NCBI GenBank assembly: GCA_905235905.1
Contig: CAJONO010000070.1
Coordinates: forward strand, 253 to 64,252
DNA from: an uncultured Prevotella sp.
Lineage (GTDB): Bacteria; Bacteroidota; Bacteroidia; Bacteroidales; Bacteroidaceae
Direction: 5' to 3'
DNA length: 64,000 nt
Of this stretch, positions 50,254 through 61,315 are shown piece by piece (positions within the stretch are counted from its first letter, which is position 1; the number at the start of each line of letters is the position of its first letter). The notes under the pieces were generated by a model. The model was given only the letters and a program-made list of their open reading frames with translations, did no database searches and was not told the origin of the DNA. A program made the position numbers and the translations under genes.

Positions 50254-51465
50254 ATGAAGAGAATATTATACTTAGTCTGTCTGTCGGCACTGCTCTCTTG
50301 CGTCGACTATAACGATGCCACCCAGCCACTCTCCCTGAGCGTAAAGCTGCAGGCACCCGAAGAGTTTATTCAGTCTGCCGGACTCGATGGGCGCGAGATT
50401 GCGCTGCTGAAAGGTTCGCAGCGCATAACGGCCACTACCGATGCCAACGGAGTGGCCACGTTCAGCGACGTTATCCCCGACATCTACGACCTCTCCGTGT
50501 CGTGGCAGCTCACGGCCGATGAATACCACGCCCTGACCGGCGACCCACAGGTTGTGGGCGGATGCACGGTGTCGGGATCGCTTAACTCACGCCTCATCAA
50601 GGAGCCGGAAACAATCATGCTCCCTACCCAACTGAGCATCAACCGCGACATTATCATCGGGAAAATATACTATGCCGGCTCGAAAGACGACAACAATCGC
50701 ACCTACATGGCAGGAAAGTATGTTGAACTCTACAACCAAAGCGACGATTCGGTCGATGTGTCCGGCCTCTACATAGGACTGGTCGAGGCCGAAAGCACAC
50801 AGGCATACACGCTCGAGAACCTTCACGAGGTCTACGCCGACTCGGTGGTGCTTCTGAAACAGGTGTTCCGCATACCTGCCAACGCGCCACACTTAGTGGC
50901 TCCTGGCGGCACGGTGTTGCTCGTCAACAGTGCCATCAATCACCAGGCCAACGGCTACGCGCTGGAACAAGACCTCAGCGATGCCGACTTTGAGGCCAAG
51001 GACGCTTCGGGCAAGATGCAGAACAACCCCTCGACACCCGCACTTGAGCTAATCTACACGATGTACCCCTCGGTGTCGAATATGAATCTGGTGCAGAGCG
51101 GCCCCTGCTCGGTGGTTATCTTCCGTACCGATGACGACGTGACGGCCTATCAGCGCACCTATCCCTACGGCAAGACTACCGGCAACCAGTGGCTGCTGCT
51201 GCCCAAGCGACACGTCATCGACGGGGTCGAGGTGCTACGCCTCAAGAACACTGGCATCGACGTGAGCAGCAAGCGCCTCTACGACGATATTGATGCCGGC
51301 TACACCAACATCAGCGCCGTGAGCGGTTGGAACGCCGAAGTGGTCTACCGAACCACAGCCAAGCACGCTACCGACGGCCGTGCCATCCTCACCGACACCA
51401 ACAATTCGAGTAACGACTTCAAGACATCAACGACCATCAAGCCCCGCGAATATGACGAAGAATAG
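50254..51465 (+). CDS. DUF4876-like lipoprotein
   Basis: Lipobox LLSC; IGKIYYAGS...YVELYN, DLSDADFE, DTNNSSNDF motifs; follows a TonB receptor. Confidence 0.8.
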   Translation: MKRILYLVCLSALLSCVDYNDATQPLSLSVKLQAPEEFIQSAGLDGREIALLKGSQRITATTDANGVATFSDVIPDIYDLSVSWQLTADEYHALTGDPQVVGGCTVSGSLNSRLIKEPETIMLPTQLSINRDIIIGKIYYAGSKDDNNRTYMAGKYVELYNQSDDSVDVSGLYIGLVEAESTQAYTLENLHEVYADSVVLLKQVFRIPANAPHLVAPGGTVLLVNSAINHQANGYALEQDLSDADFEAKDASGKMQNNPSTPALELIYTMYPSVSNMNLVQSGPCSVVIFRTDDDVTAYQRTYPYGKTTGNQWLLLPKRHVIDGVEVLRLKNTGIDVSSKRLYDDIDAGYTNISAVSGWNAEVVYRTTAKHATDGRAILTDTNNSSNDFKTSTTIKPREYDEE

Positions 51466-52999
51466 GATTTTCCCACCACAGAAAGCAATAGCGTCGATAG
51501 CCATTCTCCTGATTATTGCCACGACCACCTCGGCACAGGAAAGCATCTACCGCTATGCCGATGCCATACAGCTATGGAGGCTCACCGACAACGCGGCAGG
51601 CCTCTCGCTCGACAGCTTGCAGAACCGCGGCTATGCCGAGTTCAGATTCGAGCACCGCGAGGGCGACTACCACCGTGTGCAGGAGGGTGGCGAGCACAAC
51701 CAGCTGCAGTTCTTTACCGAGCGCTATCAGGCCATCGGAAAGTATCTGGTGGGCTATGGCCGCTTCCGTTTCGACATGAGCCGCACACAAGACCGTGCCT
51801 GGTGCGACGTGCGCCAGCCCTACGGCAACAATCCCTTCTACCCTGGCAGCAGCATCAAAGGGAAATACGACACGCAAGACTTCGACATGACTGCCGCTGT
51901 GGGCACCGTGGGCTTTGGCGGCTTCCGCTTCGGCACACGTCTCGACTACCAAGTGGGCGATCTGAGCCGACTGCGCGACCCACGTTCTCGCTCGCAACTG
52001 CTCGACTACCGCATCACTCCCTCGGCCACCTATACCATCGGCAGCCACGCACTCGGACTTGCTCTCTCCTATCGTCGCCGCAAGGAGAAGATACCCAACG
52101 TTACTACCGTGCAGACAGACCCCAACCTGAAATACTACCGCATGACCGGACTGGAGCAGGCCACGGGCATACTGGGCGGCTATAGCGGCTTTAACCGCGA
52201 ATGGGTAGACCACAGGTTAGGCGGCGAACTGACCTACGAATATCGTGCCGACTACCTACGCTCACTGCTTGCGCTCAAGCTCGAAAAGGGCACGGAGAAC
52301 GTCTACGAGCAGTATAAAGGAGAGCCAGGAAAGAGTGCAGACTACCGATATGCCCTGGCACTGCGCAACCGTTTGCGCCAAGGCAGTCTGATACATGAGG
52401 CCGACATCACCATAGACTACGACGAGGCATTTGCCGACGAGTATCGTCAGCAGTTGGAACAGACGAAAGATGCCCAGACAGGCTACACTTCCTATTCCTA
52501 CTCCACGCAGATTGTCTTCAAGAAGCGCTATCAGTCCCGTCAGTTCGACGCCAGTCTGCACTATCGTATCCACTTTACCCACAACAACGAGGAGCAAGGC
52601 TATGCAGGACTGAAGGCCGACCTGAGCAGAACGCGCAAAAAGCACCTGCTGCCCGAGTCGTGCCTCAACTATGGCGGTACCAGCCTGATGGGCGAGGGTG
52701 GCCTGGCGATTGGCAAATATCTCTGGGTCGATGCCACTGCAGGCCGCTTCTTCGCAGCCGACAACGAACTGAGCCTCGCCGATGCCACCACCGAAGTGGC
52801 ACAGCAGGTGCTACTGCCCGACACGGAATACTATCGGGCAAGCTACTGGCGCGGCAACGCAGCCATCAAACTACAGTTTCCCCTCAACATCAAGGGCCAG
52901 CACACACTTTGGTACATACGCGCCTATGCCGACTACCTGCACACCGACAACAGCCTCAGTCGCACAACCATAGGCATCGGCATCGGTTTGTTCAACTGA
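51452..52999 (+). CDS. DUF6850-like outer-membrane beta-barrel protein
   Basis: Signal peptide from ATG 51452; DLSRLRDPRS motif; amphipathic strands; typical third gene of TBDR-DUF4876 cassettes. Confidence 0.72.
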   Translation: MTKNRIFPPQKAIASIAILLIIATTTSAQESIYRYADAIQLWRLTDNAAGLSLDSLQNRGYAEFRFEHREGDYHRVQEGGEHNQLQFFTERYQAIGKYLVGYGRFRFDMSRTQDRAWCDVRQPYGNNPFYPGSSIKGKYDTQDFDMTAAVGTVGFGGFRFGTRLDYQVGDLSRLRDPRSRSQLLDYRITPSATYTIGSHALGLALSYRRRKEKIPNVTTVQTDPNLKYYRMTGLEQATGILGGYSGFNREWVDHRLGGELTYEYRADYLRSLLALKLEKGTENVYEQYKGEPGKSADYRYALALRNRLRQGSLIHEADITIDYDEAFADEYRQQLEQTKDAQTGYTSYSYSTQIVFKKRYQSRQFDASLHYRIHFTHNNEEQGYAGLKADLSRTRKKHLLPESCLNYGGTSLMGEGGLAIGKYLWVDATAGRFFAADNELSLADATTEVAQQVLLPDTEYYRASYWRGNAAIKLQFPLNIKGQHTLWYIRAYADYLHTDNSLSRTTIGIGIGLFN

Positions 53000-53066
53000 C
53001 TTTACATTTTTTTGCTTTTTCATGAAAATACTTAATTATTATGATTGCATATTTCAAAAAAACATG

Positions 53067-53074
53067 TAACTTTG
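53067..53074 (+). promoter_or_regulatory. -7 promoter element (TAACTTTG)
   Basis: TAnnTTTG upstream of the ATG at 53121. Confidence 0.7.
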
Positions 53075-53120
53075 CAGCCAAGAGTATCAATTAACAATAA
53101 TATTAACTAAAACAAAAACT

Positions 53121-55568
53121 ATGGTTAACAAATTTACTAAATCTCTATTAGTAGCGATTGCAGCATTGTTCTCGTATGCATTCGCATTTGCCGAGACAGG
53201 CACGGAAAACAATCCGACCAGCTCTACTAAAAATGCACAGTTAGACTGTCAGAGTTTCTACATCGCAGGCGATTTTATTCCCAGTGGTAGCGGTAAGCAA
53301 TATGGAACGATGGCTAATTCTGGCCTGAAGCTACGTACTAATCAGGTCGGTAATACGCTTACTTTCACCGTCAATGCTCCTTACACCATTAAGAAGCTGG
53401 AACTTGACGGCTATGCCAATGACGCTGGTATAGATGCAACTCTTCCTGGCATCAAAGTTTCGAAAGCCGAGGTCGACGGCGTGGAAGCGACTTTCACGGG
53501 CGGCGAGTTTCCTGTGAGCGGTGCCTCTACTTCTGCTAAGTTTACATTGGAGAACATCAGTGCCGGTCAAGCCATCACACTGACATTCGACAACAGCAAT
53601 GTAACCAAGACCTCCCAGATTGTAGTGTCTTGGACAGTTGAGTGGGAGCGTCCGGACGCAACCCAGCCCACCATCACAGTATCGCCAAAGGCTGTCAGCC
53701 TTGTACCTACAGGGACATACAAGCTGACGGCAAAGGTAGACCCCACCTCCTTTACAACGAAGTGGGTGAGCGACAATGAGGCCGTAGCCACCGTTGCCGA
53801 AGACGGAACCGTGACGGCTGTTGCTGCCGGTACTGCCAACATCAGCAACCAGTGGGCTGACGATGCCACCGTGGCCGACGCTGCCGTTATTACCGTGGCC
53901 GATTTCAATACCGCCGATTATACCGTGACAAAGGAATATGACTTCAAGGCTATGGCCGATGTCACGCTGGCCATCGCTTCGGAGGCTGCCGGAGCTATCT
54001 GGAATGAAGCAAATAAAAAGCCAAACAATGTATTCTTCTGTACCAACGAGGGGCTGGAGAACATCGCCTTGCAGGCTGTAGCCGAAGCTACTGACAAGAA
54101 GGGCTGGATACTGACTGAGAACGGACTGTTCTTGGCTTCAGGTGCCGGTCGTTGTGCCGCTGTCGGCAATTTGCTGGCAGACCAGGTAGTAGAGGTTATC
54201 TACACGGGCGCAGGTTTCTACACTGGCAGTAAGGAAGATGCCGTTCGCAAGGACGACGGTGCTACGAAGACTGCCCTGAACGAAGGCGTGGGTCGCGCTA
54301 TCTACAAGATGAACGAGGACGGTCTGTTTGGCTTCGAACTGATTGCAGGCAATGCAGTAGAAAAGATTATTGTCTATGAGAAGTCACAGGCTCCTGCCGA
54401 GACTATCGCTACCTTCAACTTCGCCGACCCGAATTTCCGTGAGAAGATTGGTACGGCTATGGCCGATGTCGATGGCTTTATCTACAACGAGACCTTCACG
54501 GCAGAGGGTGCAACCTTGCAGATTACCGGCGGTTCAGCCCCCTCGCGCATCTATGTTGACAATAATCGCGGACAGAACCTCGTGACTTATAAGGAATACA
54601 CTACGCTGACCTTCAAGGCTCCAGAGGGCAAGGCTATCACGAAGATTGAGTTCACCGCTGCTGGTAACAGTAATATCAAGAACTTCACAGCTTCCAGCGG
54701 TACCATTGAGGATATGACCTGGACTGGCAATGCCGACGGTGTCCGCTTCACTCAGGGTGGAACTTCTTATCTGGCTAATGCCATCGTGACGTTAGTAGAC
54801 AAGGATGCTGAGACCGCAGCCCTGCCTGCCATTGAATACACCGAGTGTGAGAATATTGCTGCTTTCAACGCATTGGAGGCTGGCACATACGCCAAGGTGA
54901 AGCTGACCGATGCTGAGGTTATTGGTGTTTCTGCCGACGGATACAGCACCGCGTGGGTACAGGATGCTACAGGCGGCTGCTGGGTTCAGTACACCTCGCT
55001 CAATGCAGGCATGAAGGAGAAGACCAAGGGCAACGGTTTTGTCTACTGTGTGAAGCGCTTCACCAGTGGTAATCCGCAAATGAAAGAAGCAGAGGACACG
55101 CCGAAGAGCGAAATTGCCGGTGCCGCCATCGACGATTATACCGTCGTTGAGGGTAGCACCATTGCTGAAGTGAACGTTGCCGCCAACCTGAACAAGGTGG
55201 TGAAGCTGACGGGCGCTTCGTTTGTGGCCACCAGTGCTACTGCAGGTACGCTGACCTTAGGCGAGGAAAGCATCGATGTTAGCAACGGTACTGCCACAGC
55301 CAACCAACAGCTGCACAAGATTGATGCCACTTGGGTGAAGGAAGAGACGAAGATGAACAACGTGACCATCGTTGCCATTCTCGTGGCAAAGAGCGCTACT
55401 GCAAACCAGTTGCTGCCTATCACGATGATTGAAGAAGAGGTCGTTGGTATCAGCAATGTCAATGTTGCCGAGAAGAACGTGGGCATCTTTAACCTGCAGG
55501 GCGTTCGCCAGAATAAGTTGCAGAAGGGTGTGAACATTGTCAACGGAACCAAGATTGTTGTCAAGTAA
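53121..55568 (+). CDS. Secreted Ig-like (Big_2) multidomain surface protein with a T9SS-type tail
   Basis: Signal peptide; WVSDNEAVATVAEDGTVTAVAAGTANI; tail FNLQGVR...KGVNIVNGTKIVVK. Confidence 0.85.
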   Translation: MVNKFTKSLLVAIAALFSYAFAFAETGTENNPTSSTKNAQLDCQSFYIAGDFIPSGSGKQYGTMANSGLKLRTNQVGNTLTFTVNAPYTIKKLELDGYANDAGIDATLPGIKVSKAEVDGVEATFTGGEFPVSGASTSAKFTLENISAGQAITLTFDNSNVTKTSQIVVSWTVEWERPDATQPTITVSPKAVSLVPTGTYKLTAKVDPTSFTTKWVSDNEAVATVAEDGTVTAVAAGTANISNQWADDATVADAAVITVADFNTADYTVTKEYDFKAMADVTLAIASEAAGAIWNEANKKPNNVFFCTNEGLENIALQAVAEATDKKGWILTENGLFLASGAGRCAAVGNLLADQVVEVIYTGAGFYTGSKEDAVRKDDGATKTALNEGVGRAIYKMNEDGLFGFELIAGNAVEKIIVYEKSQAPAETIATFNFADPNFREKIGTAMADVDGFIYNETFTAEGATLQITGGSAPSRIYVDNNRGQNLVTYKEYTTLTFKAPEGKAITKIEFTAAGNSNIKNFTASSGTIEDMTWTGNADGVRFTQGGTSYLANAIVTLVDKDAETAALPAIEYTECENIAAFNALEAGTYAKVKLTDAEVIGVSADGYSTAWVQDATGGCWVQYTSLNAGMKEKTKGNGFVYCVKRFTSGNPQMKEAEDTPKSEIAGAAIDDYTVVEGSTIAEVNVAANLNKVVKLTGASFVATSATAGTLTLGEESIDVSNGTATANQQLHKIDATWVKEETKMNNVTIVAILVAKSATANQLLPITMIEEEVVGISNVNVAEKNVGIFNLQGVRQNKLQKGVNIVNGTKIVVK

Positions 55569-55572
55569 GACT

Positions 55573-56739
<1,167 letters not shown>

Positions 56740-56747
56740 CTAAAGCA

Positions 56748-56947
56748 TCCTACCCTTTTTCGTTTGCATAATCATGCATTTTGGGGCTTTAGGGAAGTAC
56801 GTTTGAAATTCATGCTGAATTCCACGACAATTTAAGCTAAATTGCATCGGAATTCAGCATGAATTTCAGTATAATTCAAGCCAAATTATAACAGACTGAA
56901 AATCAGTTATTTAACAGACTCGTCTGAGTGAATAATTATTCATGGTC
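56748..56947 (-). repeat. Dispersed modular element, copy E4 (inverted partner of E5)
   Basis: Boxes at 56765-56778 and 56929-56942 (perfect palindrome TGAATAATTATTCA); AATT every 11 bp from 56807 to 56884; palindrome at 56889-56913. Confidence 0.9.
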
Positions 56948-58148
56948 AACGAACCACATATCCGCGCCAGCCATAATAGGCACAGAAGGCGAAACAGATG
57001 AGGGGTACGACATAGGCCACCTGATAGATGGCGGCATGGGTGTGCATGACGTAGGCCGTGAACTGCGGCAGACAGGCATTGCCCACAATAGCCATCACAA
57101 GGAAGGCCGAGCCGCTCTTCGTCTGGTCGCCCAAGCCGTTGAGGGCGAGCGAGAACTGCGTGGGATACATGATTGACATGAAGAACGACACGCCGAGCAT
57201 GGCATAGAGACCCACCATGCCGCCAAACACCATGATTACCAAGCAAAGCCCCATATTGACTACGGCGTATGTTACCAGCATGTGCTGCGGACGGAAGCGG
57301 CCCATGAGCAGAGTGCCTATCCAGCGACCCAAGAGGAAGGCCAGCATATAGAAGCCAAAGAAGGTAGTGGCCGTGGTTTCGGGTAATCCCACATAGGTGC
57401 AACAATAGACGAGGAACAGACTGTTGATGGCCGTCTGACCACCGTTATAGAAGAACTGTGCGATGACACCCCAACGCAGATGTGGGCGGCGTAGTACACT
57501 GAAGTCTATCAGAGTTGAGGGTTGAGAGTTGAGGGTTGAGGGTTGAGACTCTTCCTGAATTCTTGGCAGTTTCACGAGCATGAACAGCACGGCAAAGGCT
57601 ATGAGCACGAAAGCCAGCGTGATATAGACCACGGAGTCGGCGGGAAGCCCGTCGCCCGTGGGCTGTTCTGAAGTGAGCACGGCCTTGCTGAGGAACATGG
57701 CCGAGATAAAGGCTCCAAGACCATTGAACGACTGCGCCAGGTTGAGCCGTCGCGGTGCCGTCTGTGCGTCGCCCAGGACGGTGACGTAGGGGTTGGCCGC
57801 AGTTTCGAGGAAACACATGCCCGTGGCAATGATGAAGAAGATGCACAGATAGGCCCAGTATTCGCGAATGATGGCTGCGGGGAAGAACAGCAGGCCACCG
57901 AAGGCCGCAAGCAGAAGTCCCAGGACGATGCCCGACTTGTAGCTGTACTTCTTCATGTACATGGCGATGGGAATGGGGCAGACGAAATAGGCCAGCCAAT
58001 AGGCCGACTCGGTGAACGATGCCTCGAAGGTGTTCAGTTCGCAGGTCTTCATCAGCTGCCGAATCATCGTAGGCAGCAGGTTGCTGCTGATGGCCCAAAG
58101 GAAGAACAGACAGAAAACGAGCGACAGGGCAAGGGTATTCTTCTTCAT
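56946..58148 (-). CDS. FucP-family MFS sugar:H+ symporter
   Basis: LFFLWA, FLETAANPYV, RLNLAQSFNGLG, AQFFYNGGQ, SIMYPT, LVMAIVG. Confidence 0.92.
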   Translation of the reverse strand: MKKNTLALSLVFCLFFLWAISSNLLPTMIRQLMKTCELNTFEASFTESAYWLAYFVCPIPIAMYMKKYSYKSGIVLGLLLAAFGGLLFFPAAIIREYWAYLCIFFIIATGMCFLETAANPYVTVLGDAQTAPRRLNLAQSFNGLGAFISAMFLSKAVLTSEQPTGDGLPADSVVYITLAFVLIAFAVLFMLVKLPRIQEESQPSTLNSQPSTLIDFSVLRRPHLRWGVIAQFFYNGGQTAINSLFLVYCCTYVGLPETTATTFFGFYMLAFLLGRWIGTLLMGRFRPQHMLVTYAVVNMGLCLVIMVFGGMVGLYAMLGVSFFMSIMYPTQFSLALNGLGDQTKSGSAFLVMAIVGNACLPQFTAYVMHTHAAIYQVAYVVPLICFAFCAYYGWRGYVVR

Positions 58149-58170
58149 GCTTTTTTTTATTCTTTCACAA

Positions 58171-59187
58171 TTAGAACTTCACCAATATGCGGAACACCTT
58201 TCCGGGGGCATCAGCCCACCGCTGCATGGCCGCAGGAGCCTCTTCGGGTGTCACCTCGGCAGAAATGAGACGGTCAACGGGACAGGTGCCACGCTCCAAG
58301 TAGTGGATAACGGCACGGAAGTCGCTGGGCTGGGCGTTGCGTGAACCACGAATGTCAAGCTCCTTCTGCACGAAAAACTTCGTCTGGAACGACACTTCGG
58401 TCTTAGCATAGCCGATGCAGATGACACGCCCCGTAAAGGCCACCTCGTCGACGGCCATCTGATAGGTCTGACTGCTACCCACGGCCTCGATGACCACGTC
58501 GGGGCCGAAGCCACTGGTCATCTCGCGCAGACGGCTGTGGACATCCTCGGTACGGGTGTTGATGGTATAGCTGGCACCCATCTCACGGGCCAGAGCCAGC
58601 TTCTCGTCGTCGATGTCGGCAGCCACAACGGTAGCGCCACGCTGGGCCGACCTAACAATGGCCCCCATGCCCACCATGCCGCATCCGATGACCATCACCA
58701 CGTCGATGTCGGTCACCTGTGCACGGCTCACGGCATGGAAGCCCACGCTCATCGGCTCGATCAAGGCACAGGTACGGGGCGTGAGCAGACCGGCAGGAAT
58801 CACTTTCTCCCACGGCAGCGCAATCCGCTCGCGCATGGCGCCCCACCGCTGCACACCGAGCGTCTCGTTGTGCTCACAGGCATTCACACGGCCATTGCGG
58901 CACGATGCACACTTGCCGCAGTTGGTATAGGGGTTGCAGGTCACCACCATGCCGGGCTTCAGCCCTTCGGGCACGTCGGCACCGACTTTCTCAATCACGG
59001 CACCCACCTCATGGCCTGGCACCACGGGCATCTTCACCATCGGGTTGCGTCCCAGCCAAGTGCTGAGGTCGCTGCCACAGAAACCTACATACTCGAGGCG
59101 CAGCAGCACCTCATCACTTTTCATCTCTACTTCGGGAATGTCGACCACTCCCATCTGCCTTTCGGCACTGATTTGTATTGCTTTCAT
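58171..59187 (-). CDS. Zn-dependent alcohol dehydrogenase family (probable L-galactonate 5-dehydrogenase)
   Basis: GFCGSD, GHE, CGKCASCRNGRVNAC, GCGMVG. An alternative in-frame ATG lies at 59256. Confidence 0.85.
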   Translation of the reverse strand: MKAIQISAERQMGVVDIPEVEMKSDEVLLRLEYVGFCGSDLSTWLGRNPMVKMPVVPGHEVGAVIEKVGADVPEGLKPGMVVTCNPYTNCGKCASCRNGRVNACEHNETLGVQRWGAMRERIALPWEKVIPAGLLTPRTCALIEPMSVGFHAVSRAQVTDIDVVMVIGCGMVGMGAIVRSAQRGATVVAADIDDEKLALAREMGASYTINTRTEDVHSRLREMTSGFGPDVVIEAVGSSQTYQMAVDEVAFTGRVICIGYAKTEVSFQTKFFVQKELDIRGSRNAQPSDFRAVIHYLERGTCPVDRLISAEVTPEEAPAAMQRWADAPGKVFRILVKF

Positions 59188-59257
59188 TTTTTGTTTTTTC
59201 GACTTTTCGATTTTTCGACAATTCGTTATTTCGATTTTTCGACAATTCGCTTTCATT
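59180..59257. repeat. Octamer-periodic insert bounded by a 9-bp direct repeat (GCTTTCATT at 59180 and 59249)
   Basis: TTTTCGA-type units and two copies of TTTCGATTTTTCGACAATTCG. Confidence 0.8.
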
Positions 59258-60185
59258 CTGACATATTCTTGACATACGGCAGTTCCGGCAATAGGCCGAA
59301 ACCATAGAAGCGTCGGGCATTCTCGCCGAGGAAGAGCCTCTTTTCAGCGTCAGTAAGCTCGGCTGACTTCGTGATGAAGTCATAGCTCATGCGATAGGTA
59401 ATGGCGGTGATGGTGCGTGGATAGTCGCTGCCCCACATCAGCTTGTCCATGCCCACCAGGGCGGCAGCCTCGCGAATGGCTCGAACGGCGGAAGGGAAGG
59501 GGTAGAACTCCGAGTTGTAGAGCCAGGTAATGCCGCCCGACTCGACCATCACGTTCTCGTGCCGCGCCAGCTTGATCTGCTCCTGCCAGCTCTTGTTCTC
59601 CCAGCAGGGCGACGAAGGGGGATTGGCCATGCCAAGATGGCCGATGGCAATCTTCAGGCAGGGACACTCTTCGATGACCTCTCTGAGCTGAGCCACCTGC
59701 TCGTCGCCGTCGGCCAAGGTGATGGAGAGCATCCAGTGGTTGGCTTCCATCAAACGGAACATCTTCATCATTTCGTCACTGGTGAGCGACCGGTCAAGCA
59801 GCCTATGGCCGGGGATGGCCATGCCACGAAAGCCGTCGACGGCCATCAAGTGCAACGCTTTCTTGTAGAACCCGTCGTGCAGATAGTCGGCCATGGCGTA
59901 ACAGAAAAAGCGGTCGGGATAGCGCTGCTGCACCTGGCAGAGATAGTCGTTCTGCAGACCGTCGATGAACTCCTGCACCACGACGGCTGCCTGCACCTGG
60001 GCGTAGTCCATGTTTGAGAGGAACACCTCGGCGGTGTTACGCCCGTCTGTCATGAAGGGCGGTAGCATCTGCACTTCCTCACCGAGAAAGCGAGAGCGTC
60101 CGTTATGGGTGGTGCGGATTTCCTGCCCGTTCCACGAAGTGTCCTGACGAAGCCATAAATGGCTATGGGCATCAATGATTGTCAT
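59253..60185 (-). CDS. Amidohydrolase_2-family sugar lactonase (probable L-galactono-1,5-lactonase)
   Basis: MTIIDAHSHLW, IGHLG, LMWGSDYP, FLGENARRFY. Confidence 0.87.
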   Translation of the reverse strand: MTIIDAHSHLWLRQDTSWNGQEIRTTHNGRSRFLGEEVQMLPPFMTDGRNTAEVFLSNMDYAQVQAAVVVQEFIDGLQNDYLCQVQQRYPDRFFCYAMADYLHDGFYKKALHLMAVDGFRGMAIPGHRLLDRSLTSDEMMKMFRLMEANHWMLSITLADGDEQVAQLREVIEECPCLKIAIGHLGMANPPSSPCWENKSWQEQIKLARHENVMVESGGITWLYNSEFYPFPSAVRAIREAAALVGMDKLMWGSDYPRTITAITYRMSYDFITKSAELTDAEKRLFLGENARRFYGFGLLPELPYVKNMSE

Positions 60186-60189
60186 CTTT

Positions 60190-61140
60190 TTAAGAGTTTT
60201 TCCAGCGGGAGCCCATCTGGTCGCCAATAATCCGTTGCACCTCCAGGACAAGCTGCTCGTCCATTGGTTCGTTCACGTAGTCTATATTCTTCTGAACATT
60301 GGCAGGGTTGGCACTGCTGAACAGGGTCGTTGCAATGCGCGGGTTCAGACTGGTCGAGAACTGGATGGCCAGCTTCTCAATGGGGTAGCCCTGCCCGGCA
60401 CAATAGGCAGCAGCACGGGCGCAGGCTTCCTTCAGCTCCTTGGCTGCCGGATGCCAGTCGGGCGTACCGCGGCTCGACAGCAGTCCCATTGACAGGGGCG
60501 ATGCGTTGACGACCCCGATGTCGTGCTTCTCGAAGAAGTCGAGATAGTCAGTGAGCAGCGTGTCGTTGAGCGAATAGTGGCAGAAGTTCAAGACGCTCTC
60601 GACGGTGCCCTTCTCCACATGTTCGATGACCCACTTCAGGTTCTCGGGCTGCAGGTCGGTAATGCCCACATGGCCCACCACGCCCTTCTTCTTCAGGGCC
60701 ACGAGGGCAGGCAGCGTCTCGTCGCAAACCTTCTGCAGACCGCCGGGCAGCGAAGCCTGGAACTCGATGTCATGAACATTAATGAGGTCGATGAAGTCGA
60801 CGTTCAGTCGCTCCATGCTCTCATAGACACTGGCCGTAGCCCGCTCGGCAGAGTAGTCCCACGTGTTCACGCCGTCCTTGCCATAGCGTCCCACCTTTGT
60901 CGAGAGGAAATACTTGTCGCGGGGAATCTCCTTGAGGGCCTTGCCAAGCACGGTCTCAGCCTTCAGATGACCGTAATAGGGCGACACATCGATGAAGTTG
61001 ATGCCGTTGTCTACGGCCACATGCACGGCACGGATTCCCTCTTCCTCACGAATGCTGTGGAACACGCCTCCTAACGACGAAGCGCCGAAGCTGAGGTTCG
61101 ACACCCGCATACCTGTTTTTCCAATTTCGTTGTATTTCAT
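60190..61140 (-). CDS. Aldo/keto reductase (probable L-galactose/L-fucose 1-dehydrogenase)
   Basis: LSFGASSLG, GINFIDVSPYYG, LSTKVGRYG, DLINVHDIEF, NASPLSMGLL; this pattern resembles plant and Bacteroides L-galactose dehydrogenases. Confidence 0.88.
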   Translation of the reverse strand: MKYNEIGKTGMRVSNLSFGASSLGGVFHSIREEEGIRAVHVAVDNGINFIDVSPYYGHLKAETVLGKALKEIPRDKYFLSTKVGRYGKDGVNTWDYSAERATASVYESMERLNVDFIDLINVHDIEFQASLPGGLQKVCDETLPALVALKKKGVVGHVGITDLQPENLKWVIEHVEKGTVESVLNFCHYSLNDTLLTDYLDFFEKHDIGVVNASPLSMGLLSSRGTPDWHPAAKELKEACARAAAYCAGQGYPIEKLAIQFSTSLNPRIATTLFSSANPANVQKNIDYVNEPMDEQLVLEVQRIIGDQMGSRWKNS

Positions 61141-61174
61141 TACCTTTAGCAACATTAAAAAATCATTCAAGTTG

Positions 61175-61279
61175 CAAAGTTACACGGAGAAAAGCAGAAT
61201 TCGTTTCATTATTTTGCTGCATAATAGGACAAAAATGATTTATTTTATTTGGCTATACAGGAAAAAATGAGTAACTTTG
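61175..61279. promoter_or_regulatory. Divergent -7 promoter elements (minus 61175-61182; plus 61272-61279)
   Basis: Two TAACTTTG matches between the AKR and AraC genes. Confidence 0.7.
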
Positions 61280-61315
61280 TCGCGGAAACAACATCCTTCA
61301 CACACCCATCAACCT

